From the NCBI GenBank assembly GCA_963796685.1, contig CAWCMR010000025.1, forward strand, positions 1,984,001 through 2,048,000: a stretch of DNA of 64,000 nucleotides, in the 5' to 3' direction. This DNA is from an uncultured delta proteobacterium (GTDB taxonomy: Bacteria; Myxococcota_A; Polyangia; Fen-1088). Under the pieces are notes generated by a model. That model saw only the letters and a list, made by a program, of their open reading frames with translations, made no database searches and was not told the origin of the DNA. Numbering within the stretch: position 1 is the first letter of the stretch; every line of letters begins with the position of its first letter. The position numbers and the translations under genes are program-made. Below, one piece after another: positions 40,382-50,682 of the stretch.

Positions 40382-43300
40382 CTAGAAACGGATCGCCTGC
40401 GCCGTCGAGGCGCGGGCGCGCAACAAGTCGAGCCAGCCGTCGCCCGAGAGGCGGCGGGCCAACTCGACGACGATGTGGCGCGGCCTTGCGTCGGTGTCCA
40501 CATTGCGGCCGAGACCTTGCAGGCACGACGGGCAGTTGGTGAGCAAGGTCGTGCCGCCCTCCGTGCCGAGGATCTCCCGGGTCGCGACGGACTTGCGGTG
40601 GCGCATGGCCTCGGTGATATCCGGGCGCGACAGCGCGAGCGTGCCCGCCTCGGAGCAGCAGTGAGGCACCGCGCGTACGTCGATTCCACAGACCGCGGCC
40701 AGGACTTGAGGGCCGCTGCCATCGAGCGAGTCGTGGCAGGGGGCGTGGTACGCGTAGTCGCCGCCACCGGGCAATCGTAGCCCGCGGTCGGCCGTCCAGC
40801 GCGCGACATCGACCACCGGGCAGCCGAAGATCTTGGCCGCCTCCATGGCGCCCAGGGCCTCGCGACAGGTGCCGCACGTGACCGCGACGGCATCGAAGCG
40901 GAGGTAGGCGAACATCTCGCGGATCTGGGTGAAGAGCAGCGCGCTTCGCAGCACGATCCGGCCGTGGAGGTCGGAGCGGCCGTTGGCGTGGGCCGGGAAC
41001 CCGCAGCAAAGGTAGGGCGGCGGCAGCACGACCCGGGCGCCTGTCTTGGTCAGCACGTGCAGCGCCGCCATCGAGACCGACGAGTAGAGTCGTTCGGAGC
41101 CACAACCCGGAAAATAGAACACGGTGGGGCTCGCCTCGCTCTCGGGCTCGAAGACCAGAGCCTGATCGGACGCGCAAGGGGGCAAGATGTCGCGCAGGGT
41201 GACGGGATCCGGGGCCGGAATGGGCGAGCGCAGAATCGACGCCACATACGAGCCCCTCGCGGCGTCCGCGTCTCCGGTCGGGGGGCCAAGGCGCGCCATC
41301 GAGCGCTGGACCGCCCCCAGCACACCCAGAACGCCGGTGCGAAAGATCGCATTGTAGGTGGGCGACCGGCTTTCCAGGTATCCAAGCGTCGCGCGCGTGG
41401 CCAGGGCGGTGTGCTTGTAGCCGTGCGCGACCAGGATCTCGCGCTCCAGCACCGAGACCTCACCGGTGTCGATGTCCACCGGGCAAGGTTTCTCGCACTT
41501 GTGGCAGATGGTGCAGTGGTCGGCCACCTCTTCGAGGTAGCGCAGAAGCTCGAAGCTCGAGCTGCGCTCGCGTTGGGCCTCGTAGAGCAACGCCTCGATG
41601 AGGGCGCCGATGGCCAGGTTCTTGCCACGCGGATGGTAGAAGAGATTGCGTGCGGGATAGAAGACGCAGCAGTTCGGCTTGCAACGGCCGCAGCGCACGC
41701 ACTGGGCGATGCGCAAGGCCAGCTCCTCGAGCTTGCCGTGCTGGAGGATGCGCGCTTCCAGGCTGAGCAGATTGAACGACGGCGTGAAGATGTGCTCGAT
41801 GGCCGCCAGATCGGAGAGCTTGCCCGGGTTCATGATCCCGGACGGGTCGACCCTGCGCCGGTAGTCTCCGAGCTCGGCGATGATGCTCGGTTCGATGTAG
41901 CGCAGCTTGGTGACGCCGATGCCGTGCTCGCCCGAGCACACCCCGCCGAGCTCGGCGACCTTGTCCATGATCCGATCCACTGCCTGTTGCGCGCGCCTCA
42001 TCATGGCGCGGTCGTTGGACAAGACCGGAATGTTCACGTGCACGTTGCCGTCGCCCGCGTGCATGTGCGTGGCCAGCACGATGAGCCGGCGCCGCTCCTC
42101 GGCGAACGCGACCTCGAGGTCGTCGCCGAGATGCTCGTGGCCGCGAACCAGCTCGCGAAGCTCATCGCGCAGCGCCTTGGCGATGGACAGCGAACGCAGG
42201 CTGCTCGGATCCGCGTCGGCCAAAACGGCGACTGACTGATCGCACTTCGCCCTGGCCTGTTCGATCTTCTCGGCCAGCCATGCGTCGTCCTCGCCACCCG
42301 CTTCGATCTGCAACAGCGTGCGCGCCCTCTCGATGAAGGCGAGCTGGCTTTCGCGCTCCTCTTCCACGTTCACGCCGTCGCAGAAACGCGCCAGCTCGGC
42401 CAGCGCGTCGAGGGGCAGGACGATGTCCTCGTTGAGCTTGAAGGCGTTGGTGCGTGCCGCGATGGCGCCGAGCTTCTTGCGGTCGGCCCAGTAGCGCTTG
42501 GTCTCGGCCTCGCCCTTGGCCTCGAACAGAAACGTGTTCTTGTGGTGCTCGAGGAGGTGGCGGATGCGGGCCACGCCGCGCGCCACCTCGGCCGGCTCGT
42601 GGCCGACGACATCGATCAGCAGCACGGCCTTGGGCGCGTCACCGCGCGGGGCCTTCACCTTGTAGCCGATGGCGCGGACATATTCGTTGTCGAAGTGCTC
42701 GAGCGCTTGCAGGACCTCGTGGCCCTCGTTGGGGAAGCCGCGCGACAGCTCGACGATGACCTTGCTGGCCTCGTCCATGTCCGGGCCGAAGAACTCCAGG
42801 CACAGCGTGGCCGCAGCCTCGTACTTCGGGTACAGGACGAAACGGGCCGAGGTGATGACGCCGTCGGTCCCCTCTTTCTGAAGACCGGGCACTCCCCCGA
42901 GGGTCTTGTTGGTGATGTCCTTCCACAGACCGCGCCGTCGGATCTCGCCGCCCTTGAGCGCAAGGGTGTCTGCGACCTTGCCGTCGCCGTCGAGGATTTC
43001 GAAGAGGACCTCGTCGCCAGGCAGGATCTTGCGCAGCGGGTGGCCCCTGCGCCGGACGGTCACGCGCTTGCCGCCCGGCATGGCGATGTCGTAGGACAGC
43101 AAGTTGTCGATGCACGTGCCCCACAGCACCGCCGTCTTGCCGCCGGCGTTTTCGGCGATGTTGCCGCCGATGGTGCAGGCCCACGCGCTCGTCGGATCGG
43201 TGGCGAACACCAGGCCGCGCGCCGCCGCAAACTCGATGGCCTGCTCGGTGACCACGCCGGCCTCTACATCGATGACGTTGGCCTTGGCTGTCGCGCCTGA

Positions 43301-44005
43301 GGCCAGGCGAAACGCTCGCTCGTCGATGCCGCGGATCCGACACAGCTTCTCGGTGTTGACGATGATGCAGCCCGGACGCAGAGGCACGGCGCCACCCGTC
43401 AGCCCCGTGCCGGCACCGCGCGGAATGGCGAACAGGCCCAGCCCGGCGATGGCCGCCAGCAGCGGCGCCACCTCCGCCTCTTCGCGGGGCATGGCCACCG
43501 CGACCGGCAGGTGCAGGCGCCAGTCGGTCGCGTCCGTGGCGTGCGACACGAGGGTATAGGGATCGAACAGCACGTTGGCCTTGCCGACGACGGCGCCGAG
43601 CGCGGCCGCGATACGCTGGCGCTCCGCGGGCGCCTGCGTGATCTCGCGCTTGATAGCGGCCAGCAGGCCGCGGCAGGCCCCGATGACCTCGCCGACCAGG
43701 GCCTCGCCCCCCGCGTTGGCCTCGACGATGCCGAGGTCGGTCTCGAGGTTGCGCAAGAATCTACGGCGGCGTTTTCGATCGTCGATCAGCTCCTGGTACA
43801 GGTAGGCGTTGCGCCGGTGGATGAGAACTTCGCCGAAGAAACGCATCAGCAAACGCGCCGAGCGACCGGTGACCCTGCGCTCGCGCAGCCGTTCGAGCTT
43901 GCGCCAGATGTCGTCGCCGAGCAGCTGCGACACGGCCTGCCGATCGTCGGCCGACGTGTAGTTGAAAGGGATCTCTCGTGGGGACTCGGGGCTGGGCTGG
44001 CGCAT
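40382..44005 (-). CDS. FAD-linked oxidase / Fe-S oxidoreductase fusion (DUF3683-type, glycolate/D-lactate oxidase-like)
   Basis: REIPFNYTS, PRGAGTGLTGG, HAGDGNVH, GEHGIG, CVRCGRC, CTICHKCEKPCP, CCG motifs. Confidence 0.85.
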   Translation of the reverse strand: MRQPSPESPREIPFNYTSADDRQAVSQLLGDDIWRKLERLRERRVTGRSARLLMRFFGEVLIHRRNAYLYQELIDDRKRRRRFLRNLETDLGIVEANAGGEALVGEVIGACRGLLAAIKREITQAPAERQRIAAALGAVVGKANVLFDPYTLVSHATDATDWRLHLPVAVAMPREEAEVAPLLAAIAGLGLFAIPRGAGTGLTGGAVPLRPGCIIVNTEKLCRIRGIDERAFRLASGATAKANVIDVEAGVVTEQAIEFAAARGLVFATDPTSAWACTIGGNIAENAGGKTAVLWGTCIDNLLSYDIAMPGGKRVTVRRRGHPLRKILPGDEVLFEILDGDGKVADTLALKGGEIRRRGLWKDITNKTLGGVPGLQKEGTDGVITSARFVLYPKYEAAATLCLEFFGPDMDEASKVIVELSRGFPNEGHEVLQALEHFDNEYVRAIGYKVKAPRGDAPKAVLLIDVVGHEPAEVARGVARIRHLLEHHKNTFLFEAKGEAETKRYWADRKKLGAIAARTNAFKLNEDIVLPLDALAELARFCDGVNVEEERESQLAFIERARTLLQIEAGGEDDAWLAEKIEQARAKCDQSVAVLADADPSSLRSLSIAKALRDELRELVRGHEHLGDDLEVAFAEERRRLIVLATHMHAGDGNVHVNIPVLSNDRAMMRRAQQAVDRIMDKVAELGGVCSGEHGIGVTKLRYIEPSIIAELGDYRRRVDPSGIMNPGKLSDLAAIEHIFTPSFNLLSLEARILQHGKLEELALRIAQCVRCGRCKPNCCVFYPARNLFYHPRGKNLAIGALIEALLYEAQRERSSSFELLRYLEEVADHCTICHKCEKPCPVDIDTGEVSVLEREILVAHGYKHTALATRATLGYLESRSPTYNAIFRTGVLGVLGAVQRSMARLGPPTGDADAARGSYVASILRSPIPAPDPVTLRDILPPCASDQALVFEPESEASPTVFYFPGCGSERLYSSVSMAALHVLTKTGARVVLPPPYLCCGFPAHANGRSDLHGRIVLRSALLFTQIREMFAYLRFDAVAVTCGTCREALGAMEAAKIFGCPVVDVARWTADRGLRLPGGGDYAYHAPCHDSLDGSGPQVLAAVCGIDVRAVPHCCSEAGTLALSRPDITEAMRHRKSVATREILGTEGGTTLLTNCPSCLQGLGRNVDTDARPRHIVVELARRLSGDGWLDLLRARASTAQAIRF

Positions 44006-44205
44006 GCGCGATGGTGCCCAAGTTGTAGCAGATCGGCCAAGGTCAAGTGGGGCGACGACCCGCTCCGCGCCCACTTCCATGGCGACATCGTGTGGGCCTG
44101 GTTCGAAGCCGCCTCGAGCATCACCATGCACTTTGCCCGCGTGCACGCGGGAGGCACCTACACAGCTGGGTTGCCGAACGCCCTGGTGGTGCTACATAGA
44201 CAGGC

Positions 44206-44718
44206 GTGACGTCCATCCATCAGAAGACCAGTACGACGCATGCGCTCCTCGTCGCGGCACTCAGTGGATTCTTGTCCGTCGCTGCCGCATGTGGCGGCAA
44301 GGGGCCAGCGCCCGGCCCCACGGTCCCCACGTCGCCGGCTGGCGCGAACGCCGCGGATGCGGACAATGGTGCGCTCTACGACTCGGCGGCCGGTGCGTTC
44401 TCCGCCGATTCCGGCGCCTTGGTCGCGAGCTCCTCGGACACCCCGGCGAACCCGCATACACCAATCCCCGCGACCAAGTGTGCTTCCGGTCAGGTGCCCA
44501 ATCCGGAAGTGACCTCGACCGTGGTTGGCGCCCTCACCCAAGACGAGTTTGCGTCGCGGTGTGCTGCTCTCGACGGCATTTTCGAGATTCAGCCCCTGTG
44601 CGGCGGCTCCAATTCGTGCCGTGGCATGTCCTACGACTCTGGCTCGCAAACCTTGACCGAGCACTCGTGCCAGGCGACCAACACCTGCGCGGGTTATAGC
44701 TGCGTCGTGTGCGGCTGA
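44206..44718 (+). CDS. Cys-rich lipoprotein, candidate MNIO precursor
   Basis: Lipobox AAAC; CGGSNSCRG and CQATNTCAG motifs. Confidence 0.65.
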   Translation: MTSIHQKTSTTHALLVAALSGFLSVAAACGGKGPAPGPTVPTSPAGANAADADNGALYDSAAGAFSADSGALVASSSDTPANPHTPIPATKCASGQVPNPEVTSTVVGALTQDEFASRCAALDGIFEIQPLCGGSNSCRGMSYDSGSQTLTEHSCQATNTCAGYSCVVCG

Positions 44719-45593
44719 GCGTCCTCGTCGACATCACCGTCGCGGCGAAGCGTGCACCAGAAGCCGAGCTGGATGCTACGCGCGAGCCAAACGCGTACCT
44801 GCTCCGGCAAATTCCCTCGTTCCTGCACCGGGCAGGAGCTTTCGAGGCGCTCGAGCGCCTCGCCCACGGCGTGTTTCCCCAGCAGCATGATCAGCTCGGC
44901 CTCGCGAGCCTCGAGCGGGATGTGCGCGATGCCCGCTTCGCGCCGGACGATCGCCCAGGCCTGCGGTCGTGCGAGAAGTGGGGGCAACTCGGCGGTAGCG
45001 CGGTTCGATGACCCGAGCAGCGTGGTGCGGAGCGCGAGCAGCGCACGGTGCTCCTCGACGAGACGCAACGCCGGGTGGGCCGCCAGGTGCCCGCCAAGCA
45101 GGTCGGCCGCCTCGCTTGCCGATGGCCGATACGGCGGCAAGCTCGCCGCGCGAAACACCTCCCGATACGCGGCGTCGATACGCACGCTTTCGATCAGAGC
45201 GAGGCGCAGAGCGGGTTCGCTCTCGCCCAGTGCGTCCTCGAAAAATGCCGGGAAACCATCGGCGATCTGTTCGATGTCCCAGCCGCGCGGCGGGTGCGCG
45301 AGCAGGTACTTGGAGGCCACCGCATTGAGCTCCCAATAGCCCATCAGGCGCGCAGTGAGCGGAAATCCCGAATGCAGCACACTCAACAATCGAAACCAAT
45401 ACTGCCGATTGTAGACCGCGAGTCGTTCAGCTCCGCTGACCAGGGGGCCGTCCAGCGCTTGGGCGCATAGATGCGGGTCATACTGGGCGACCGCGGCGGT
45501 GAGTGTACCGCTCGCACGATCGAGTGGCGTTCGCAGCATGGTGCCGAACGCCGCTTGGAAGTCGGCGAGCCAACCGGGCGCGGGTCGGCTCAT
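44694..45593 (-). CDS. DUF2063 (HvfC/BufC-like) MNIO partner protein
   Basis: LADFQAAF, ERLAVYNRQYWFRL..L...FP, YLLAHPP; start overlaps the DUF692 stop. Confidence 0.85.
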   Translation of the reverse strand: MSRPAPGWLADFQAAFGTMLRTPLDRASGTLTAAVAQYDPHLCAQALDGPLVSGAERLAVYNRQYWFRLLSVLHSGFPLTARLMGYWELNAVASKYLLAHPPRGWDIEQIADGFPAFFEDALGESEPALRLALIESVRIDAAYREVFRAASLPPYRPSASEAADLLGGHLAAHPALRLVEEHRALLALRTTLLGSSNRATAELPPLLARPQAWAIVRREAGIAHIPLEAREAELIMLLGKHAVGEALERLESSCPVQERGNLPEQVRVWLARSIQLGFWCTLRRDGDVDEDAQPHTTQL

Positions 45594-46444
45594 CACCGCG
45601 CCTCCCGCGCCTTTTCCAGCTCCAGCAACGCCTCGGGCAGCGGTGGGATGCGGGCGTCCCACTCGAGCAACGTGGGGAAGGGACCGCCCAGGCGCCAGGC
45701 GCGCGCGTACAGCTCCCAAACCGGGTTCGCCACGGGGTGGTCGTGCGTGTCGACCACCGTCCCGTTCGGTTCGCGCGTGTGGCCCGCCAGATGCACCTCC
45801 AGCACGCGCGAAAAGTCGATCGCCGCGAGATAGACGTCTGCATCGAAGCCGTGGTTCTGGCTGGAGACATACACGTTGTTGATGTCGAACAGAGACCAGC
45901 AGCCCGACTCGCGCACCACGGCGGTATAGAACTCCCACTCGCTGAGGGTGGAAGAGCGGAGCTCGACGTAGCTCGACAGGTTCTCGATGGCGAAGGGCCT
46001 GCCGAGTCGGCGCTGCACCTCGCATGCGCGCTCGGCCGCCAGCTCGACCAACTCCGGGACGTACGGCGCCGGCAACAGATCGTGGTGGCTTACGCCGTGG
46101 GCGCCGGTCCAGCACAGGTGGTCGCTGACGAACGGCGCGTCCACGGCGTCCGCCAAGCGAGACAGTACCTCGAGGTACCGGTTGTCGAGTGGCGCGTGGC
46201 CGAGCAGGTTCAGGCCTACGCCGTGTAGAACGATGGGGTAGCTTGCCCGCACGCGTTCGAGGCGCGCGCGCGGCGTGGGCGCGGGACCGAGAAAATTCTC
46301 GCTGATGACCTCGAAGTAATCCACCTGCGGCCTGTGCTCGAGGACGTATTCGTAGTGTGGCACGCGCAGTCCTAGCCCGAGGGCCTCGGGCGCGAGCCCA
46401 CGCGCTCGGCGCAGGCTTTCTGCTTGTTCAGGGGAAAACGCCAT
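45593..46444 (-). CDS. DUF692 multinuclear non-heme iron oxidative enzyme (MNIO)
   Basis: GLGLR, FEVISENF, LHGVGLNL, SDHLCW, IENLSSY, DINNVYV, HLAGH, DTH, LLEWD. Confidence 0.95.
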   Translation of the reverse strand: MAFSPEQAESLRRARGLAPEALGLGLRVPHYEYVLEHRPQVDYFEVISENFLGPAPTPRARLERVRASYPIVLHGVGLNLLGHAPLDNRYLEVLSRLADAVDAPFVSDHLCWTGAHGVSHHDLLPAPYVPELVELAAERACEVQRRLGRPFAIENLSSYVELRSSTLSEWEFYTAVVRESGCWSLFDINNVYVSSQNHGFDADVYLAAIDFSRVLEVHLAGHTREPNGTVVDTHDHPVANPVWELYARAWRLGGPFPTLLEWDARIPPLPEALLELEKAREAR

Positions 46445-46736
46445 GCCCTTGACCGTAGCACCGGTTTGGGCCTCAGGTCGTCGCTAGGTGTTCGGAGGAC
46501 GGAACCCGTCCGTCCTGCCCGCGAAGTAACGCTCCGCGAGTGTCGCTGGGGACACGTGTCGCGCGTGCCGCTCATGATGTTCGGTTTGCCCTCTGGTTGT
46601 TAGGCATGAAGCAAGGCTAGCATTGTACCCAAGAGGCTGCCCGGAAGCCCGCGGCCAACGGCCCGCGAGCCGGCGCGTCGATCTTGGCGAAGGCTCAGTC
46701 AACTCCAGAAGCGAAGCCCCTCATGAAGCAAGGAAT

Positions 46737-48455
46737 TCACTGCAGCCCAGCCGTCCTCCCAGGCCGGAGCAGCAAGATCTTGGCGAACTCGTTTTCGTGG
46801 ACAACGGGCAGCGCGCTGACCTTTTGGCGAGAAACGATCCAGTAGCTCAAGCCGAACCGAGCGCCGAGCTCGAGTGCGCGGTGGTCGTCCAGCTTGGCGA
46901 AGGCTTGTGAGGAGGCGACCATCAATCGCGGAAAGGCCAGCTGCGGGTCCATCGGGTCGACCCCCAGCGCCCGAAGCCGCTTGACCCAATCACGCGCAAA
47001 GGGTTGGTAGATGAGCATGCCCGAGCCCTCTTTCCAGGTTACGAAGGAGCTGCGACGCGAGAGCATGCGGAACGCAGCCCACGAAGGGTCTGTGAGAAAG
47101 CCGGCGTCGACCGGAGTCTGGCTGGCAACCCACTGCGTGAGTTGAACCTCAGCCTGGCTGCGCATCTGGAAGGGTGCGTGGGGGGCGGAATGTGACAACA
47201 ACAGCCAGCCCGAGAAGGCCGTGAGTATCCACAGCGGAAGCACCAGTGGTGCGAAGTGAATCAGCCACGGTCGACGCAATCGTCCCCCGATCGCGAGAGC
47301 CAGCCATGCGGGCATTGCCAGGGCTAGCAGCGCGACCTGAAGACCGTGAAAAGTCCAAAGGAGAAAGACACCGGTCAGGGCCACAGCCCCAAGCCCGAGC
47401 GCCCAGCCATTTTGGGCGTACTTCTCCAAGGTCACGACCACGGTTGCGGTGACAAACACCGCGGCCACCGGCGTCCACAGGTCACTGGAACGCGCGAACT
47501 GCAGGTTGATGCAGCCGGCGCTGCCAAGCACCTCGACGGCCACGGCGGCTCCCAGCAGGACCCAATGACCCAAGGTAAGGCCCAGCACCAACCTTGCCGC
47601 GCCCTTGCCGAGGATCGCCACGCGAATACACAGCAGCACGGCGGCACCCGCCAGGCTGGCGAGAATCCACTCCCGCAACGTCCAGCTGGATGGCAGGTAA
47701 TGCTGGGGCACGTACAGCGAGAGCAGACGCAGGTAGGTCTCTGGCTTGATGCGCGGCTGCCGCATGGTTTGCGCGGCCAGGACAATCGCGGGGCTCATGA
47801 TCAGAAAGGCGACCAGCCACGCACGTCGGCGCTTCAGCGTCGAGCGAGCCTCGGGAGATGCGATGGCGACCGCGGCCATCATGATTGCTCCGTGCATCGC
47901 GTGCATGATATTGGCAATCCCGACCACCCCGAAGAAGACTCCGGTGTGGAGCGGCTTGCCCTCGAGAACGAAGCTCAGACACAGGAGGTAGCTCGCCACC
48001 GCCAAGCTCGTGTGTTCGAAGTTGCGGGGCAGCACGGTCCCCCAGCCAAGCAGGGGAGACATGCCGAACGCGAAGAGACACCACACCACAGCTTCGGTCG
48101 TGCGACTTTCGCCGGCCAGGGTTCGCGCGAGTCGTCCGGCCCCGTACAGACAATACCCTCGCTGAAGAACCGTCAGCAGAACCAGCAGTGGCGCTTCTGG
48201 AATGAAGCGAAACGGGACCCACAGGATCCGCCAGAGCAATCCGGGGTAGTGAGACATCGCCGCCATGAATGGGTCGCCCGGGTACAAGCTCGGGTCGTTG
48301 GCGATCTGCACGAGCGGGATGTGTTGCTCGTTGTTGGTGTCGTAGATGGCCAAGCCAAGCAAGTGGAAACTCGCCAGGAGAGCGACGAGCTTCACGCCGT
48401 TGCGGACCCAGCGGGCTGACGACGAGGTAGGCGTGATTCCCAAAGCGGGTGCCAT
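46737..48455 (-). CDS. Multi-pass membrane protein (DUF6798-like, possible GT-C glycosyltransferase)
   Basis: About 12 hydrophobic segments; DPSLYPGD; FRMLSRRSSFVTWKEG..W..R; start uncertain. Confidence 0.6.
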   Translation of the reverse strand: MAPALGITPTSSSARWVRNGVKLVALLASFHLLGLAIYDTNNEQHIPLVQIANDPSLYPGDPFMAAMSHYPGLLWRILWVPFRFIPEAPLLVLLTVLQRGYCLYGAGRLARTLAGESRTTEAVVWCLFAFGMSPLLGWGTVLPRNFEHTSLAVASYLLCLSFVLEGKPLHTGVFFGVVGIANIMHAMHGAIMMAAVAIASPEARSTLKRRRAWLVAFLIMSPAIVLAAQTMRQPRIKPETYLRLLSLYVPQHYLPSSWTLREWILASLAGAAVLLCIRVAILGKGAARLVLGLTLGHWVLLGAAVAVEVLGSAGCINLQFARSSDLWTPVAAVFVTATVVVTLEKYAQNGWALGLGAVALTGVFLLWTFHGLQVALLALAMPAWLALAIGGRLRRPWLIHFAPLVLPLWILTAFSGWLLLSHSAPHAPFQMRSQAEVQLTQWVASQTPVDAGFLTDPSWAAFRMLSRRSSFVTWKEGSGMLIYQPFARDWVKRLRALGVDPMDPQLAFPRLMVASSQAFAKLDDHRALELGARFGLSYWIVSRQKVSALPVVHENEFAKILLLRPGRTAGLQ

Positions 48456-48689
48456 CTTCGCCCATTTTCGCGCAGGAGATGCACTTGTCTTCGACGCCAC
48501 GTCGAAGGCGCAAAATCGACCGACGAGGTACCATCCGACCAAGGGGTGGCGTCCAGCGGGATCCTGTTGGGTTTGCGCCTGGAAACGGCTGCGTAAGAGC
48601 GCTCGGCGTGGCGCAGAAGGGCCTCGGGCTGCCGGGATGCGCAGCATGTAGGACTCCCGCACCGGTGCTGTTTTCGTTCAGAGCTCCGA

Positions 48690-49493
48690 TCAGTTGGCGG
48701 TCAAGGAAAAACCATTGACCTGGAAGGTGGCGTCCGCGCCGTCTGTCGACACGATCTCGACACCGTAATCGATGGCACCGACCGTAGAGGTGGCCGGGAT
48801 CCAGCCCTTCGCGATGATGTAGGTGAAGAACGATAGCAGGTTCACGGTCCCGGACGCCAGGTTGGTGACCTCCACGAATGCGATGTAGCTGCCACTCTTG
48901 TAGACCTGATAGCTTTCACCGTCGAAGACCACGGTGTCGAGCACCGTCCCTGATGGCACCTGGTGGTAATTGTCGGTCCAGATCATCACCTCGGTGGCGC
49001 CCGTGGTGGCGACACCGTTCAGCCAGATGTCGTAAGCAAATTCGTAAATCCCGACGTGCGGCGCGGTGTGGGCAAAGCTGCTCCAAAGGGTGCTGAAGGA
49101 GTTGATGAGGGGAGCGCCGTTGAAATCCTTGTGCACGTTGGGATACGTCTTCACGGCGCCATCGCCGGTGACGTTGTCCATGCTTGCGACCACGTACCAG
49201 TTGTCGTAGTTGCATACGTACAGGGTTTGCGTTACCTCGTAGCTCGCCGCATTCCAGGTGTCCGTATCGACGTAGAAGCCACCGAGCGTGATGCCGTCTT
49301 GGGGGTTCCCCGGATTCAATGGCAAGATGTGGGAAGGATTCGTGCAGGTCTGCGCCACCGTGCTGGCGCCGCCCTCTACCGGCAACGTCGTCTGGGTCCC
49401 GCTGCAGCCCGAGAACGCAACGAGAGCCGCCCCGATCAGCGCCGCGCGGTGTTTCCGCAAGGTGGAGATCGTGGCGGCTTGCTTCATGGTCAT
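48690..49493 (-). CDS. Glycoside hydrolase family 12 lipoprotein
   Basis: Lipobox FSGC; VKTYPN, AYDIWL, EVMIW, YGVEI with both catalytic Glu. Confidence 0.85.
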   Translation of the reverse strand: MTMKQAATISTLRKHRAALIGAALVAFSGCSGTQTTLPVEGGASTVAQTCTNPSHILPLNPGNPQDGITLGGFYVDTDTWNAASYEVTQTLYVCNYDNWYVVASMDNVTGDGAVKTYPNVHKDFNGAPLINSFSTLWSSFAHTAPHVGIYEFAYDIWLNGVATTGATEVMIWTDNYHQVPSGTVLDTVVFDGESYQVYKSGSYIAFVEVTNLASGTVNLLSFFTYIIAKGWIPATSTVGAIDYGVEIVSTDGADATFQVNGFSLTAN

Positions 49494-49588
49494 CCCGAAG
49501 ATGTTAATCCCAGCATGGCAGCACGTCGAGACGAGGCTACCGGCGTGTGGCTACCGGCGACGACACGGATCGGTTGCCGGTCGGGCGG

Positions 49589-49774
49589 CTATTTTCCCCC
49601 TTTCCACTGGCGCAACCGGGCGGCCTCGTCGTGAAGCTGCCCCCACACCCGTTCGGATTGCCGCCGTAGTCGCTGCTCGTGGCGCCGTTCGTAGGCCAGA
49701 GCTTCGCGCTCCAGCTTCTGGTAGTGCTCGAGGCGCTCGGCTGCAAGGACGCCAGCCGCGATGGCTGGGCTCAT
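49589..49774 (-). pseudogene. C-terminal fragment resembling the RsgA tail
   Basis: AIAAGVLAAERLEHYQKLEREALAYERR...W resembles the post-zinc-finger helices of RsgA; no GTPase domain. Confidence 0.5.
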
Positions 49775-49817
49775 GCAAGGCGAGTCAACTCTTGCAAAAG
49801 AGACAAAAGAGAATCGA

Positions 49818-50672
49818 TCAGCGGCCCAGCATGGCGTCGAGAATCACGGCGCCCATGACCATCACGGCATAATAGTTGATGGCGTGGAAAGCTCGGCGGA
49901 AGCCCTGTTTGCTCGGGACACGCAGCGAGCGCCAGGCTACGACGGTCAGCCAGGTGCCGGCCGCCGCCAGGCCGAGGCCGAGGAAGGGCGAGCTCGACAG
50001 GCCGAAGATGGGAAGCAGCAGCGCCGAGGCCGCGGTGGCCGCGGTCCACATGAAGGTCACCCGCGACAGGGACTCCGTGCCCATGGCACGCACGAAGGTG
50101 GGGAACTGCGCCTGCTCGTAGTCGCCGCTGATACCGAGGGCCAGCAGCCAGAAATGCGGGATCTGCCACATGAGCAAGAAAAACGACAGTGAGAGGATGG
50201 GGCCGTCGAGCACGCCGCCGGCGCACACCCACCCGATGGCCGGGGGGATGGCGCCGATCACGGAGCCGACCACCGAGGCAAGCGAGCTGACACGTTTCAG
50301 GTAGGTGTAGATGCCGTTGTACCAAATCACGGCCAAGGCACCGAGCCCGGCCGCCATCGCCCCGCCCATGAGCCACAGCGAGGCCAAGGCCACAGCGCCG
50401 AGCGCCGAAGCCAGGACGACGGCCCCGGCGGCGGAAATCTTGCCCGACGGAATGGGGCGCTTTCGCGTGCGATCCATCAGGGCGTCCAGCTTGTGCTCCT
50501 GGGCCTCGTTGAGGGCGCACGCGGCAAAAGCAAGGATCAAGACCGCGCCCGACATGGGCAGCAGTCGCCAGGTCAAGGAATGGGTACGCGCCACGTAGCC
50601 GGTCGCGGCGGACACCGTCGACATCATCGAGATGGGGAACTTGAACAGCTGGGCGAAGTCGCGCCGGTTCAC
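49818..50672 (-). CDS. cyoE: Protoheme IX farnesyltransferase (heme O synthase)
   Basis: LNEAQEHKLDALMDRTRKRPIPSG, YTYLKR, GAIPPAIGW, WQIPHF. Confidence 0.93.
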   Translation of the reverse strand: MNRRDFAQLFKFPISMMSTVSAATGYVARTHSLTWRLLPMSGAVLILAFAACALNEAQEHKLDALMDRTRKRPIPSGKISAAGAVVLASALGAVALASLWLMGGAMAAGLGALAVIWYNGIYTYLKRVSSLASVVGSVIGAIPPAIGWVCAGGVLDGPILSLSFFLLMWQIPHFWLLALGISGDYEQAQFPTFVRAMGTESLSRVTFMWTAATAASALLLPIFGLSSSPFLGLGLAAAGTWLTVVAWRSLRVPSKQGFRRAFHAINYYAVMVMGAVILDAMLGR

Positions 50673-50682
50673 GAAGGCTCCA

